Shown one piece after another: positions 1 through 9,925 of a DNA stretch of 64,000 nt. Origin of the DNA: Candidatus Staskawiczbacteria bacterium RIFCSPLOWO2_01_FULL_33_13 (GTDB lineage Bacteria > Patescibacteriota > Minisyncoccia > Minisyncoccales > Staskawiczbacteraceae); NCBI GenBank assembly GCA_001820215.1, contig MHOW01000006.1, forward strand, positions 47,039 through 111,038, given 5' to 3'. The notes beneath the pieces were generated by a model. The model worked only from the letters and a program-made list of their open reading frames with translations, was not told the DNA's origin and made no database searches. The position numbers were made by a program, and so were the translations under genes. Position 1 is the stretch's first letter. Every line of letters starts with the position of its first letter.

Positions 1-650
1 ACAAGCAATTGCCTTTATTAAAAAAATTAAATAGCAAACAAGAAGTAAAGCTTGAATTTACTGGCAAGCTAAAAGATAATTGGTTTGTTTCGCCTTCGGA
101 TCAAAATAATGCCCAGATAAAAAATAAGGTAGAAGTATTGGATATTTCGGAAGAATTTTTAACTAAAGTTAATTCAAAAATAGGCTTATCCCAAAAAGCA
201 TATTATTCAACACAAAATGGCATTGAAAATTCAGGACCTATTCCCCCAACTGTAGACAGTATTACAACCTACACAATGGTATGGCAAGCAACAAATTATT
301 TTAATGATGTTAAAAATATAAAAGTTAAAGCAATCTTACCAGCCAATGTTTCCTTAAGCGATAATATATTTCCCGAAGACCAAGCCTCTAATTTTTCTTT
401 TGACAGCGCGAGCAGGGAAATTGTATGGGTAGCCGGAAGCCTTGCTTCTGGGTCTTCGGCCTCACTATCTTTTCAGATTGCAATTGTGCCAAGCTCTTTT
501 CAAAAAGGAACAATTGCAGATTTAATAGGCCAAGCATCAATTTTTGCAGAAGATCAATTTACAGGAGCGGTGACCAAAAGTTCGGCTCTTGGCTTAGATA
601 CCAGCTTACCCGATGATTCAAATAATTCGGGCGGAGGAATAGTTCAATAA
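1..650 (+). CDS. C-terminal part of a beta-rich (DUF11/Ig-like) exported protein, truncated by window edge
   Basis: Open frame from window start; motif pattern GPIPP..TTYT.VW..TNYFN..V.A.LP..V; IVW..G.L. Confidence 0.55.
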   Translation, partial: KQLPLLKKLNSKQEVKLEFTGKLKDNWFVSPSDQNNAQIKNKVEVLDISEEFLTKVNSKIGLSQKAYYSTQNGIENSGPIPPTVDSITTYTMVWQATNYFNDVKNIKVKAILPANVSLSDNIFPEDQASNFSFDSASREIVWVAGSLASGSSASLSFQIAIVPSSFQKGTIADLIGQASIFAEDQFTGAVTKSSALGLDTSLPDDSNNSGGGIVQ

Positions 651-672
651 ATTTAAAAATTATAATTTACAA

Positions 673-704
673 AACCAAATCGGGTTAAAACCCGATTTTT
701 GGTT
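673..704. terminator. Hairpin, probable intrinsic terminator
   Basis: aaatcgggtt-aa-aacccgattt followed by T-run downstream of CDS. Confidence 0.55.
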
Positions 705-731
705 GAAAGTTTTCTGTTTCAAATGTATTAT

Positions 732-780
732 TAACCTTGAATTATGAAAGACCTCGAAAGCATTTCATAATTCAAGGTTA
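732..780. repeat. Family A hairpin element, minimal copy
   Basis: taaccttgaattatgaaa ... tttcataattcaaggtta; arms match those at 19434, 23301, 39821, 42741, 46597, 59612. Confidence 0.8.
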
Positions 781-829
781 TCAAAGTACAAAATGAACTC
801 AAATAAAAATGATTTAATGGAAAAAATTT

Positions 830-900
830 ACCCAGTTAAATATTTATGCTTTTTTAAAAAAGCATAAATAAAATCCTTTTGGGATTTTATTTAACGGGGT
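830..900. repeat. Family B Y-shaped palindromic element
   Basis: Outer stem acccagttaaata / tatttaacggggt enclosing two inner hairpins. Confidence 0.8.
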
Positions 901-916
901 TAATTTCCCCTTAATA

Positions 917-2221
917 ATGAAGGATAAAACAGAAATTATGTCAAATAATATGATGGATAAGATAATCAGTTTATGCAAAAGGCGGGGTTTTGTGTTTCCC
1001 GGATCAGAAATTTATGGAGGATTAGCTAATTCATGGGACTACGGGCCACTAGGAGTTGAATTAAAAAACAATATTAAACAGCTTTGGTGGAAACGATTTG
1101 TGCATCAGCGCGATGATATGGTTGGCATCGATGCGGCATTAATTATGAACCCAAAAGTGTGGGAAGCTTCAGGACATTTAAAAGAATTTTCTGATCCGTT
1201 AGTGGAGTGTAAAAAATGCCATAAAAGATTCCGCATAGATCAAGTTGAATCAAAAAAATGTCCAGAATGCAGGGGTGAATTATCAGAAGCCAAGCAATTT
1301 AACTTAATGCTTAAAACATTTTTGGGTCCTGTAGAAAATGAAGATTCTATAGTATATTTTAGACCAGAAACTGCGCAAGCCATGTTCGTGGATTTTAAGA
1401 ATGTATTGGAAACTTCACGAAAAAAATTACCGTTTGGGATTGCTCAAATCGGAAAAGCATTTAGAAACGAAATAACTCCTGGAAATTTTATTTTCCGCAC
1501 ACGAGAATTTGAACAAATGGAAATTGAATATTTTATCAAAGAAGAAAATTGGGAAGAAGTTTTTGAACACTGGAAAAAAGAAATGCAATCTTGGATGAAA
1601 AATATTCTTGGGTTGCAAGAGAAAAATATTTCTGAATTATCCGTACCAAATAAGGAACTCGCACATTATTCTAAAAAAACTATTGATTTTGAATATAATT
1701 TTCCTTTTGGCAAAAATGAGCTTTACGGTCTTGCATACAGAACAGATTTTGATTTAAAAAATCATTATAAAGAAGAGCCGTATTTAGACATAGAAAAGAA
1801 TGAAAAGCTTTACCCACATGTGATTGAACCGACTTTCGGTGTAGATAGATCTGTTTTAGCAGTGCTTTGTGATGCTTATATAGAAGAAGCCGAAAGAGTG
1901 GTATTAAAGTTAAAACCGGTATTGGCACCATATAAAGTTGCGGTATTTCCTTTGTTGAAAAATAAGCCTGAGTTAGTGGAAAAAGCAAAAGAAATTTATA
2001 ATAATTTGAAAAAAGAATTCACCGTAGCTTTTGACGACCGTGGTAATATTGGCAAACGATATTATAGTCAGGATGAGATTGGAACACCATATTGTGTAAC
2101 AGTGGATTTTAATACTTTAGAAAAAGATGAAGTAACAGTAAGAGATAGGGATACTATGAAACAAGAAAAAGTAAAAGTGAGCCAATTAATTGATTATATA
2201 AAAGAAAAAATATATGTTTAA
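917..2221 (+). CDS. glyQS: Glycine--tRNA ligase (dimeric type); start may be at a downstream ATG
   Basis: KRRGFVFPGSEIYGG, DYGPLG, RPETAQ, FRNEITP, FRTREFEQMEIE, IEPTFGVDR, anticodon-binding C-terminus. Confidence 0.97.
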   Translation: MKDKTEIMSNNMMDKIISLCKRRGFVFPGSEIYGGLANSWDYGPLGVELKNNIKQLWWKRFVHQRDDMVGIDAALIMNPKVWEASGHLKEFSDPLVECKKCHKRFRIDQVESKKCPECRGELSEAKQFNLMLKTFLGPVENEDSIVYFRPETAQAMFVDFKNVLETSRKKLPFGIAQIGKAFRNEITPGNFIFRTREFEQMEIEYFIKEENWEEVFEHWKKEMQSWMKNILGLQEKNISELSVPNKELAHYSKKTIDFEYNFPFGKNELYGLAYRTDFDLKNHYKEEPYLDIEKNEKLYPHVIEPTFGVDRSVLAVLCDAYIEEAERVVLKLKPVLAPYKVAVFPLLKNKPELVEKAKEIYNNLKKEFTVAFDDRGNIGKRYYSQDEIGTPYCVTVDFNTLEKDEVTVRDRDTMKQEKVKVSQLIDYIKEKIYV

Positions 2222-3485
2222 AAAAACTAAATTAAAAAATGGATTAAGAGTTATTTCGGTTCCAATGAAAAATGCTAATAGCGTAACAGTGCTTGTGTTG
2301 GTTGGAACGGGCTCTAAATATGAAACTAAAGACATAAATGGTATTTCCCATTTTTTGGAGCACATGTTTTTTAAAGGAACTAAAAAGCGCCCAACAACCC
2401 TGAAAATTTCAGAAACACTTGATATGATTGGAGGCCAATATAATGCGTTTACCTCAAAAGAAACTACTGGTTTTTGGGCAAAAGTTGATACAAAACATAC
2501 CGATGTAGCACTAGATTGGATTTCAGATATGTTTTTAAATGCTAAATTTGAAACAGAAGAAATTGATCGCGAAAAAGGGGTAGTAATTGAAGAGTTGAAT
2601 ATGTATTTAGATACACCCACTTCTTATGTGTCAGAGCTTTTTGAAGATTTGTTATATAAAGACCAACCTGCTGGTTGGCGCATTGTAGGAGAAAAAGAAA
2701 ACATTATGGCTTTTGACCGTGATAAGGTGGTTAATTATTATAAAACCCACTACTCAAACGAAAATACGGTTATTTGTATTGCAGGAAATATCAACACAAA
2801 ACAAATTGCAAAGAAAATAGAAAAATATTTTGGCGCTTCAAAAAATCAACAAGCCCTACCAAAGCTAGAGGTAAAAGAATTGCAAGAAAAACCTGAAATT
2901 TTACTGCACAATAAAAAAACTGACCAAACCCATTTTTGCCTAGGCGTAAGGGCCTACGATATGTTTGATAAAAGAAGGCACGCCTTAACTTTAATGTCGG
3001 TTATTTTAGGGGGGAACATGAGCTCGCGCTTATTTATTTCAGTCAGAGAGCGCAATGGATTGGGGTATTATGTGCACACTTCGGTTGATACAACTACTGA
3101 TACGGGGTATCTTGTAACCCAGTCAGGAATTAAAAATAATAGCCTAGAAAAAGCTATTGGCTTAGTATTAGATGAATACCGTGATTTAAAAAATAAAAAA
3201 ATCACCGCAAGAGAATTAAAAAAAGCCAAGGATTATATAAGAGGCAGTATGTCGCTTTCTTTAGATAGCACTGATGCCCAAGCTTCTTTTTATGCTAATC
3301 AAGAAGTAATGGGAAAAGAACTTTTAACTCCAGAAGAAAAAATGAAAATGATTGATAAGGTTTCTATACATGATATAAAGAAGGTAGCTGAAGATATATT
3401 TAAAAATGGAAAATTAAATTTGTCAGTAATAGGCCAATTTAATGAAAAAGACAAAGATCGTCTTTTGCAATTATTAAAAATATGA
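2214..3485 (+). CDS. M16 family zinc peptidase
   Basis: HFLEHMFFKGT (HxxEH), NAFTSKE, SSRLF..VRE..GL.Y. Confidence 0.93.
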   Translation: MFKKTKLKNGLRVISVPMKNANSVTVLVLVGTGSKYETKDINGISHFLEHMFFKGTKKRPTTLKISETLDMIGGQYNAFTSKETTGFWAKVDTKHTDVALDWISDMFLNAKFETEEIDREKGVVIEELNMYLDTPTSYVSELFEDLLYKDQPAGWRIVGEKENIMAFDRDKVVNYYKTHYSNENTVICIAGNINTKQIAKKIEKYFGASKNQQALPKLEVKELQEKPEILLHNKKTDQTHFCLGVRAYDMFDKRRHALTLMSVILGGNMSSRLFISVRERNGLGYYVHTSVDTTTDTGYLVTQSGIKNNSLEKAIGLVLDEYRDLKNKKITARELKKAKDYIRGSMSLSLDSTDAQASFYANQEVMGKELLTPEEKMKMIDKVSIHDIKKVAEDIFKNGKLNLSVIGQFNEKDKDRLLQLLKI

Positions 3486-4504
3486 CAGAACAAACTCTAG
3501 ATATTTCTTGGAAAACCATACTTAAAATTTTAATTGCCGGTTTTATCTTGTATATGCTTTTTTTAGTAAAAGATATTGTGATTTGGTTTTTCTTTGCATT
3601 AATAATATCGCTTTTAGTTGAGCCGGTAATCAATTTTTTAAGAAGGCTGCACTTTCCAAAAGTAATAGCAGTCGTTTTGGTGTATCTATCAATTTTTGGG
3701 TTGTTAGGCTTGATGATTTACCTTACGGCCCCTATTTTTATTTTTGAAATAAATCAATTATCGCAAAACATTCCTGATTATTTTGAAAAACTCAATCCAG
3801 TATTTAAAAATTTAGGTATTGATGTTGCTAAAAATTTTGAAGATTTTAGCGCAAATTTAATTTCTGGATTGCAAGAAAGTTCTATAAATATTATCAAAGC
3901 CATTTCTGTTTTCTTTGGTGGATTAACTTCTACAGTTTTAATTTTTGTTTTTGCTTTTTATATTTCCTTAGAAGAAAAAGGACCAGAAAGATTCTTATCT
4001 CTTTTGGTCCCCAAAAAGTATGAAGGGTATATTGTAAATATTTTTGAGCGATCTCAATTCCAAGTTTCTGGTTGGTTTGGAGCAAGAATTCTGGCTTGCA
4101 TATTTGTGGGAATTGCCTCTTTTATTGTGTTCTTTTTATTCGGTATTAAGTATGCATTTATTCTTTCTTTAATTTCTGGAGTATTAACCCTTGTACCTTT
4201 CATAGGACCGCTTGTCACTGCTTTATTGGCGCTTTTATTTGTAGGAGCATCTAATTCTTGGTTTTTGGCAGCGTATGTTGTAGTTGCTTTATATATAATC
4301 CAAGTAATAGAAAATAATATTGTTACACCTTTGTTAATGAAAAAATTCTTAGATTTACCGCCTATTTTAGTATTAATATCATTATTAATTGGAGGAACTA
4401 TTTTTGGATTTTTGGGAATGATTTTTGCAGTTCCTGTGTTTGGAATTGTGTACCAGTTTTCAAGAGAATTTTTAATAAAAAAGAGAGAAGAAAATAATTA
4501 TTAG
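3482..4504 (+). CDS. AI-2E family (PerM-like) transporter
   Basis: Multi-TM protein; VPFIGP, QVIENN..TP, GG..FG.LG...AVP motifs. Confidence 0.88.
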   Translation: MTEQTLDISWKTILKILIAGFILYMLFLVKDIVIWFFFALIISLLVEPVINFLRRLHFPKVIAVVLVYLSIFGLLGLMIYLTAPIFIFEINQLSQNIPDYFEKLNPVFKNLGIDVAKNFEDFSANLISGLQESSINIIKAISVFFGGLTSTVLIFVFAFYISLEEKGPERFLSLLVPKKYEGYIVNIFERSQFQVSGWFGARILACIFVGIASFIVFFLFGIKYAFILSLISGVLTLVPFIGPLVTALLALLFVGASNSWFLAAYVVVALYIIQVIENNIVTPLLMKKFLDLPPILVLISLLIGGTIFGFLGMIFAVPVFGIVYQFSREFLIKKREENNY

Positions 4505-4506
4505 AC

Positions 4507-5022
4507 CTATTGATAACTTATTAGCACAATACTGATAAAAATTGCTATAGCCTGGGTTAAAATTCTGAAAGGAATGGAGACCAGAGCACTAAAAAGAATA
4601 TTTTTAGTGCTCGGCCGAGCACTCAATTCATTGAGTGCTCTGGTTTTTTTATACCTTAAAAAATGCACTTTTTGGATATGTATTTTATCGTGCAACAATA
4701 AAAATTTATTACTAAATAAAGAGCTTATTATAGTTAAACCGTCCGGTATTAAGGAAACAAAAACGCAAATATATATTATTAGTTGATTTTTAGAAAAGAG
4801 CAAAATTATTATTATGGCTAGGCAAAAATCTAAAAATACTTTTAAAATATCGGGTAGAGATTTTCTCCAATTTTTTTCTCTTATATTATCAATAGAATAT
4901 TCAATGTGAGGGAAAAGATCTAAAAAATAATGGCCTAACAAAGCCAGTATAATAGCTAAAAAAACATTATGAATTACACTTCCAATGGCTGCTCCAAAGA
5001 GCATATGGGCTAATAAGATCAT
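4507..5022 (-). CDS. Membrane protein (metal-dependent hydrolase-like) with a palindrome-derived insert
   Basis: HMLFGAA, HYFLD..PH, PD motifs; hydrophobic. Confidence 0.65.
   Translation of the reverse strand: MILLAHMLFGAAIGSVIHNVFLAIILALLGHYFLDLFPHIEYSIDNIREKNWRKSLPDILKVFLDFCLAIIIILLFSKNQLIIYICVFVSLIPDGLTIISSLFSNKFLLLHDKIHIQKVHFLRYKKTRALNELSARPSTKNILFSALVSIPFRILTQAIAIFISIVLISYQ
4579..4644. repeat. Y-shaped palindromic insert, in-frame in CDS
   Basis: Two gagcact/agtgctc hairpins inside an acca/tggt outer stem; 66 nt. Confidence 0.7.
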
Positions 5023-5025
5023 TGC

Positions 5026-5053
5026 AGATTTAAGATTTATGATTTAAGATTTA
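5026..5053. repeat. Heptamer tandem repeat (WGATTTA x4)
   Basis: agattta agattta tgattta agattta in a divergent intergenic gap. Confidence 0.7.
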
Positions 5054-5063
5054 CTAATCTATT

Positions 5064-6494
5064 ATGACAAAAAAATTCTACATTACAACTACCCTACCTT
5101 ATGTAAATGCATCTCCGCATATTGGTTTTGCGATGGAAATAATCCAATCAGATGTTATAGCCCGACATAAACATCAGCAGGGTTTTGAAGTTTTTTTTAA
5201 CATGGGTTCTGACGAACATGGCGTAAAAATATTACGCAAGGCCCAGGAATCCAACATGGAGCCCAAGGCCTATTGCGATATTTATGCCGCCAAGTTTGAC
5301 AATTTAAAAGAAAAACTTAATTTAACTTACAACAACTTTATTCGTACAACTGACGATCATCACATAAAAGCCGCGCAAGAATTTTGGTTGCGGTGCCAAA
5401 AAAATGGTGATATTTATAAAAAAAATTACAAAGTAAAGTATTGCGTAGGTTGTGAATTGGAAAAAACCGATTCTGAACTTGAAAATGGCAAGTGTCCGGT
5501 ACACCCTAATCAGGAAATTGAACTAATAGAAGAAGAGAATTATTTTTTCAAATATTCAAATTATAAAAAACCGCTTTTAGATTTTTACGAAAAAAATCCG
5601 GATTTTGTAGTACCGGCATCACGTTTAAATGAGATTACAGAATTTACCAAAAAAGGATTGGAAGATTTTAGTATTTCAAGATTAAAAGCAAAAATGCCTT
5701 GGGGAGTAGATGTTCCTAATGACCCAAACCATGTAATGTATGTGTGGTTTGACGCCTTAGTTGGGTATATTTCAGCGCTCGGCTGGCCCAATAACGATAA
5801 ACAATTTAATAATTTTTGGCCGGGCATACAGGTTGCAGGAAAAGATAATTTACGCCAGCAATCCAGCATGTGGCAGTCAATGTTGATGTCTGCTGGCCTA
5901 CCTAATTCAAAACAGATTTTTATCCACGGCTTTATTACCGTTAATGGACAAAAAATGTCTAAGTCGCTAGGAAATGTCATTGATCCCTTTGAATTAGTTG
6001 AAAAATACGGGGTTGATGTGATTAGGTATTATTTATTGCGAGAAATTACCCCCACAGAAGATGGTGATTTTACTATTGAAAAACTTGAACAACGATACAA
6101 TTCTGACTTAGCTAGCGGTATAGGAAATTTATTAGCAAGAACAATTACTCTCGCAGTAAAACCAAATTTTGAAGAAAAAAAACCAAGTGCAAAAATAAAG
6201 AAAGAAGCAACTAAGACAAAAAAAATCTGTGAACAATATTTAGAAAATTTTAAATTTAATGATTCTCTAAAATCAATTTGGGAACTGATTACTTTTTGCG
6301 ATAAATACATTAACCAAGAAAAACCGTGGATCGCCAGCAAAAAATCTTCCCAAGTTATTTCTGATATTTTATTTGCATTAGAAGAAATTTCATACCTATT
6401 AAAGCCATTTTTACCAGAAACCTCAGAAAAAATAAAAAATATGCTTAAAAGTAAAACATCAGAGATTTTGTTTCCAAGGCTGTTAAAATCCTAA
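5064..6494 (+). CDS. metG: Methionine--tRNA ligase
   Basis: YITTTLPYVN..PHIG (HIGH-like), YVWFDAL, GKD, KMSKS. Confidence 0.96.
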   Translation: MTKKFYITTTLPYVNASPHIGFAMEIIQSDVIARHKHQQGFEVFFNMGSDEHGVKILRKAQESNMEPKAYCDIYAAKFDNLKEKLNLTYNNFIRTTDDHHIKAAQEFWLRCQKNGDIYKKNYKVKYCVGCELEKTDSELENGKCPVHPNQEIELIEEENYFFKYSNYKKPLLDFYEKNPDFVVPASRLNEITEFTKKGLEDFSISRLKAKMPWGVDVPNDPNHVMYVWFDALVGYISALGWPNNDKQFNNFWPGIQVAGKDNLRQQSSMWQSMLMSAGLPNSKQIFIHGFITVNGQKMSKSLGNVIDPFELVEKYGVDVIRYYLLREITPTEDGDFTIEKLEQRYNSDLASGIGNLLARTITLAVKPNFEEKKPSAKIKKEATKTKKICEQYLENFKFNDSLKSIWELITFCDKYINQEKPWIASKKSSQVISDILFALEEISYLLKPFLPETSEKIKNMLKSKTSEILFPRLLKS

Positions 6495-6496
6495 GC

Positions 6497-7363
6497 ATGA
6501 TTATTGATACTCATAGCCACCTACAATTTAACGCCTATAAGGACGATGTGAATGAAGTAACAAAAAGAACCCAATCTAAAAATATTTGGTGTATTAATGT
6601 TGGGACCAACTATCCGTCAAGCAAAGACGGGATTTTATTTGCCGAAAAACACGGGGAAAGTTTTTTTTCAGCTATTGGCTTGCATCCGATGTATGCAGGC
6701 GCTGAATTTTTAAAAATCAAAAATGATGATAATGAAAGCAAGGAATTAGTTGAAGAAAATACTTTTGACACTCAAAAATACAGGGAATTGGCTCAATCAA
6801 AAAAAGTAGTGGCGATTGGCGAAATTGGACTAGATTATTACTACAAGCCGAAAACTGCCACGAAGTTAGCGGAGTTTAAAGAGAAACAAAAACAAATTTT
6901 TTTGCAACAACTAGATTTGGCAAAAGAATTAAATCTGCCCGTTATTTTACATTGCCGAATGGCGCACGAAGACATTTTAGAAATTCTTAAATCATATATC
7001 GTAAATCATAAATCAATGAATGGAGTGATTCATTGTTTTACGGGCACAATTGAGCAGGCAAAAAAATATATTGACCTTGGATTTAGTATTGGTATTAATG
7101 GAATTATTTTTAAGTTTAATATAGATGAAGTAATTAAAAATATTTCATTAAGCAACATGCTTCTTGAAACTGATTGCCCGTATTTAACCCCCCTGCCCGC
7201 TGTAGCTTTAGCGAAAGCGGGGCCTGATAGCCACATAAGAAACGAACCGATTTTTATAAAACACACTATCCAAAAAATCGCAGATTTAAAGGGAATTACT
7301 TTTGAGGAGGTTTGCAATAAAACTACTCAAAATGCTAAAAGATTATTCACCCTGGTTAAATAA
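6497..7363 (+). CDS. tatD: TatD family DNase
   Basis: IDTHSH, GLHP, AIGEIGLDY, HCR, HCF, ETDCPYL, RNEP. Confidence 0.95.
   Translation: MIIDTHSHLQFNAYKDDVNEVTKRTQSKNIWCINVGTNYPSSKDGILFAEKHGESFFSAIGLHPMYAGAEFLKIKNDDNESKELVEENTFDTQKYRELAQSKKVVAIGEIGLDYYYKPKTATKLAEFKEKQKQIFLQQLDLAKELNLPVILHCRMAHEDILEILKSYIVNHKSMNGVIHCFTGTIEQAKKYIDLGFSIGINGIIFKFNIDEVIKNISLSNMLLETDCPYLTPLPAVALAKAGPDSHIRNEPIFIKHTIQKIADLKGITFEEVCNKTTQNAKRLFTLVK
7192..7221. repeat. Short palindromic element in-frame in tatD (LPAVALAKAG)
   Basis: cctgcccgctgtagctttagcgaaagcggg; reverse complement resembles 38283-38314. Confidence 0.7.
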
Positions 7364-7413
7364 TTTTGACCGAAAGTCAAAATTAAAATCCAAAGGATTT
7401 TATTTAACTGGGT
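7349..7413. repeat. Family B Y-shaped element supplying the tatD stop codon
   Basis: accctggttaaata / tatttaactgggt with two inner hairpins. Confidence 0.8.
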
Positions 7414-7440
7414 AAAAATTTAATCAACGAGGCTATTATA

Positions 7441-7467
7441 AAAAAGCGGTTAAAATCGCTTTTTTTT
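7441..7467. terminator. Probable intrinsic terminator
   Basis: aaaaagcggtt..aatcgcttttttt. Confidence 0.55.
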
Positions 7468-7498
7468 GTGTATAAATTATGATATGATACTTAAAAAT

Positions 7499-9922
7499 AT
7501 GGCTAAATATAACCCTCAAAAAATAGAAAAGAAGTGGCAAAAGAAATGGTATGACGGAAGCCTATTTAAGGCTCAAAACCCTTCGGCTCGCTCAGGGCAA
7601 GATAGCTCCAAGAAGGAGAAATTTTATATCTTAGATGAATTTCCCTATCCTTCAGGAGATGGCCTTCACATAGGCCATTGCAGGCCCTATATTGGCTTAG
7701 ATATTATTGCCAGAAAAAGAAGAATGCAGGGCCAAAATGTGTTATTTCCAATGGGTTGGGATGCTTTTGGTTTACCCACAGAAAACTACGCCATCAAAAA
7801 GGGCGTGCACCCAAGCATTGTAACCAAAAAAAATACCGATAACTTTAGAAAGCAAATGAAAAATTTGGGGCTTTCTTTTGATTGGAGCCGAGAAGTAAAC
7901 ACTACCGATCCAAAATATTATAAATGGACACAGTGGATTTTTATAAAACTTTTTGAAAACGGTTTGGCATATAAAGATAAACTGGCAATTAATTGGTGCC
8001 CAAGCTGTAAAATTGGTTTAGCGAATGAAGAAGTTGTCGCAGGAAATTGTGAACGATGCGGTACTAAAGTTGAAAAAAGGGAAAAAGAGCAATGGCTTAT
8101 TAAAATTACAAAATATGCAGATAGATTAATTAACGATTTAGCAACCGTTGATTATCAGCAAAGAATAAAAGACCAGCAGATTAATTGGATTGGAAGATCA
8201 GAGGGATCAGAAATTGATTTTTCAATTGTTAATTCCAACGAAAAAATAAAAGTATTTACTACGAGACCAGATACATTATTTGGTTGCACATTTTTAGTAC
8301 TTGCTCCTGATCATGAAATTTTAAAAAAAATAAAAAATAAAATTAAAAATTGGCAGGAAGTTGAAAAATATATTAATCAGGCAAAAAATAAATCTGATTT
8401 AGAGAGACAAGAGAATCAAAAAGATAAAACCGGAATTGAGCTTGAAAGCATCAAAGCAATAAATCCGGCAAATAAAGAACGCTTACCTATTTTTGTGGCT
8501 GATTATGTAATGGTAAATTACGGAACTGGAGCTATTATGGCAGTTCCAGCGCACGACCAGCGAGATCTTGAATTTGCAAAAAAATACAACCAAAAAATCA
8601 TTGAGGTAATTGATAATAAAAAAATGCTGTTAAATTCGGGGGAGTTTAACGGAATGGAAAGCGAAAAAGGAAAAATCGCAATTACTGAACTTGTTGGTGG
8701 AAAAAAATCGGTCAATTATAAATTAAGGGATTGGGTGTTTTCACGCCAGCACTATTGGGGAGAACCAATTCCTATGATTAATTGTACAGCGTGCGGGTGG
8801 CAAACTGTACCAGAAAAAGAGTTACCAGTTGAGTTGCCTAAGGTACAAAAATACCAACCTACAGATACAGGAGAGTCTCCATTATCTGCAATTGAAAAGT
8901 GGGTGAATGTAAAATGTCCAACATGCAAGGGGCCTGCAAAAAGAGAAACTGATACCATGCCAAACTGGGCGGGATCAAATTGGTACTATCTTGCTTATTT
9001 GGCTGCAGATAAGCAGGGAAATTCGAAATTCGAAATTCGAAATTCGAAATTATTGAGCTATTGGATGCCAGTTGATTGGTATAATGGTGGCATGGAGCAT
9101 ACTACTTTGCATTTACTTTATTCGCGATTTATTTTTAAATTTTTGTGGGATATTGGAGCAATTCCAAAAAAAATTGGCAACGAACCTTATAAAAAAAGGA
9201 CTTCCCATGGTATTATTTTAGCCGAAGGCGGAGTTAAAATGTCAAAAAGCAAAGGCAATGTAATAAACCCAGACGATGTAGTAAAAAACTACGGTGGTGA
9301 TGCCTTAAGGGTGTATGAAATGTTTATGGGTCCATTTGAACAAATGATTCCTTGGGATTCAAAAGGAATTGTAGGAGCAAGGCGTTTTCTTGAAAAAATA
9401 TACAACCTTGCCCTAAAATTCCAAATCCCAAATTCCAAATCACAAATAAATCCAAAATTAGAAATTCAAAATCTCTTAAACAAAACTATTAAAAAGGTTG
9501 GGGATGATATTGAGTTAATGAAATTCAATACTGCAATTTCTTCGTTAATGATTTTAGTAAATGGTTTTTATGAAAAACCACAAGATATTACTAAGGAAAA
9601 TGTAAAAAATTTATTAATTCTATTAAGCCCTTTTGCCCCGCATTTGGCCGAAGAATTGTGGGAGAAACTAGGCTCAAAAGGATTGTGTTCACAGCAAAAA
9701 TGGCTAAAGTACAATGAACGCCTAATTAACCAAGAAAAAGTAGTGTTTATGATACAGGTGAATGGAAAAGTAAGAGATAAAATAGAAGTTAATGCAGGTT
9801 TGGATCAAAGCCAAATAGAAGGAATTGCACAAAAGGGATTAAGGATTACGCCATGGATAAATGGCAAACAAATTAAAAAGATAATTTTTGTGCCAAATAA
9901 ATTAATTAATATTGTTATATAG
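7499..9922 (+). CDS. leuS: Leucine--tRNA ligase
   Basis: FPYPSG.GLHIGH, GWDAFGLP.EN, VFTTRPDT, GTGAIMAVPAHDQRD, KMSKSKGN; ATG at 7499 preferred. Confidence 0.97.
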   Translation: MAKYNPQKIEKKWQKKWYDGSLFKAQNPSARSGQDSSKKEKFYILDEFPYPSGDGLHIGHCRPYIGLDIIARKRRMQGQNVLFPMGWDAFGLPTENYAIKKGVHPSIVTKKNTDNFRKQMKNLGLSFDWSREVNTTDPKYYKWTQWIFIKLFENGLAYKDKLAINWCPSCKIGLANEEVVAGNCERCGTKVEKREKEQWLIKITKYADRLINDLATVDYQQRIKDQQINWIGRSEGSEIDFSIVNSNEKIKVFTTRPDTLFGCTFLVLAPDHEILKKIKNKIKNWQEVEKYINQAKNKSDLERQENQKDKTGIELESIKAINPANKERLPIFVADYVMVNYGTGAIMAVPAHDQRDLEFAKKYNQKIIEVIDNKKMLLNSGEFNGMESEKGKIAITELVGGKKSVNYKLRDWVFSRQHYWGEPIPMINCTACGWQTVPEKELPVELPKVQKYQPTDTGESPLSAIEKWVNVKCPTCKGPAKRETDTMPNWAGSNWYYLAYLAADKQGNSKFEIRNSKLLSYWMPVDWYNGGMEHTTLHLLYSRFIFKFLWDIGAIPKKIGNEPYKKRTSHGIILAEGGVKMSKSKGNVINPDDVVKNYGGDALRVYEMFMGPFEQMIPWDSKGIVGARRFLEKIYNLALKFQIPNSKSQINPKLEIQNLLNKTIKKVGDDIELMKFNTAISSLMILVNGFYEKPQDITKENVKNLLILLSPFAPHLAEELWEKLGSKGLCSQQKWLKYNERLINQEKVVFMIQVNGKVRDKIEVNAGLDQSQIEGIAQKGLRITPWINGKQIKKIIFVPNKLINIVI
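7578..7601 (+). repeat. CCTTCG..CTCAGG mini element in-frame in leuS (NPSARSGQ)
   Basis: acccttcggctcgctcagggcaag; related copies at 18355, 24468, 35455, 36566. Confidence 0.7.
9018..9051. repeat. Heptamer array (GAAATTC)x~5 in-frame in leuS
   Basis: Encodes NSKFEIRNSKL. Confidence 0.8.
9416..9472. repeat. Degenerate heptamer array in-frame in leuS
   Basis: aaattcc aaatccc aaattcc aaatcac aaat aaatcca aaattag aaattca; encodes KFQIPNSKSQINPKLEIQN. Confidence 0.65.
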
Positions 9923-9925
9923 ATT

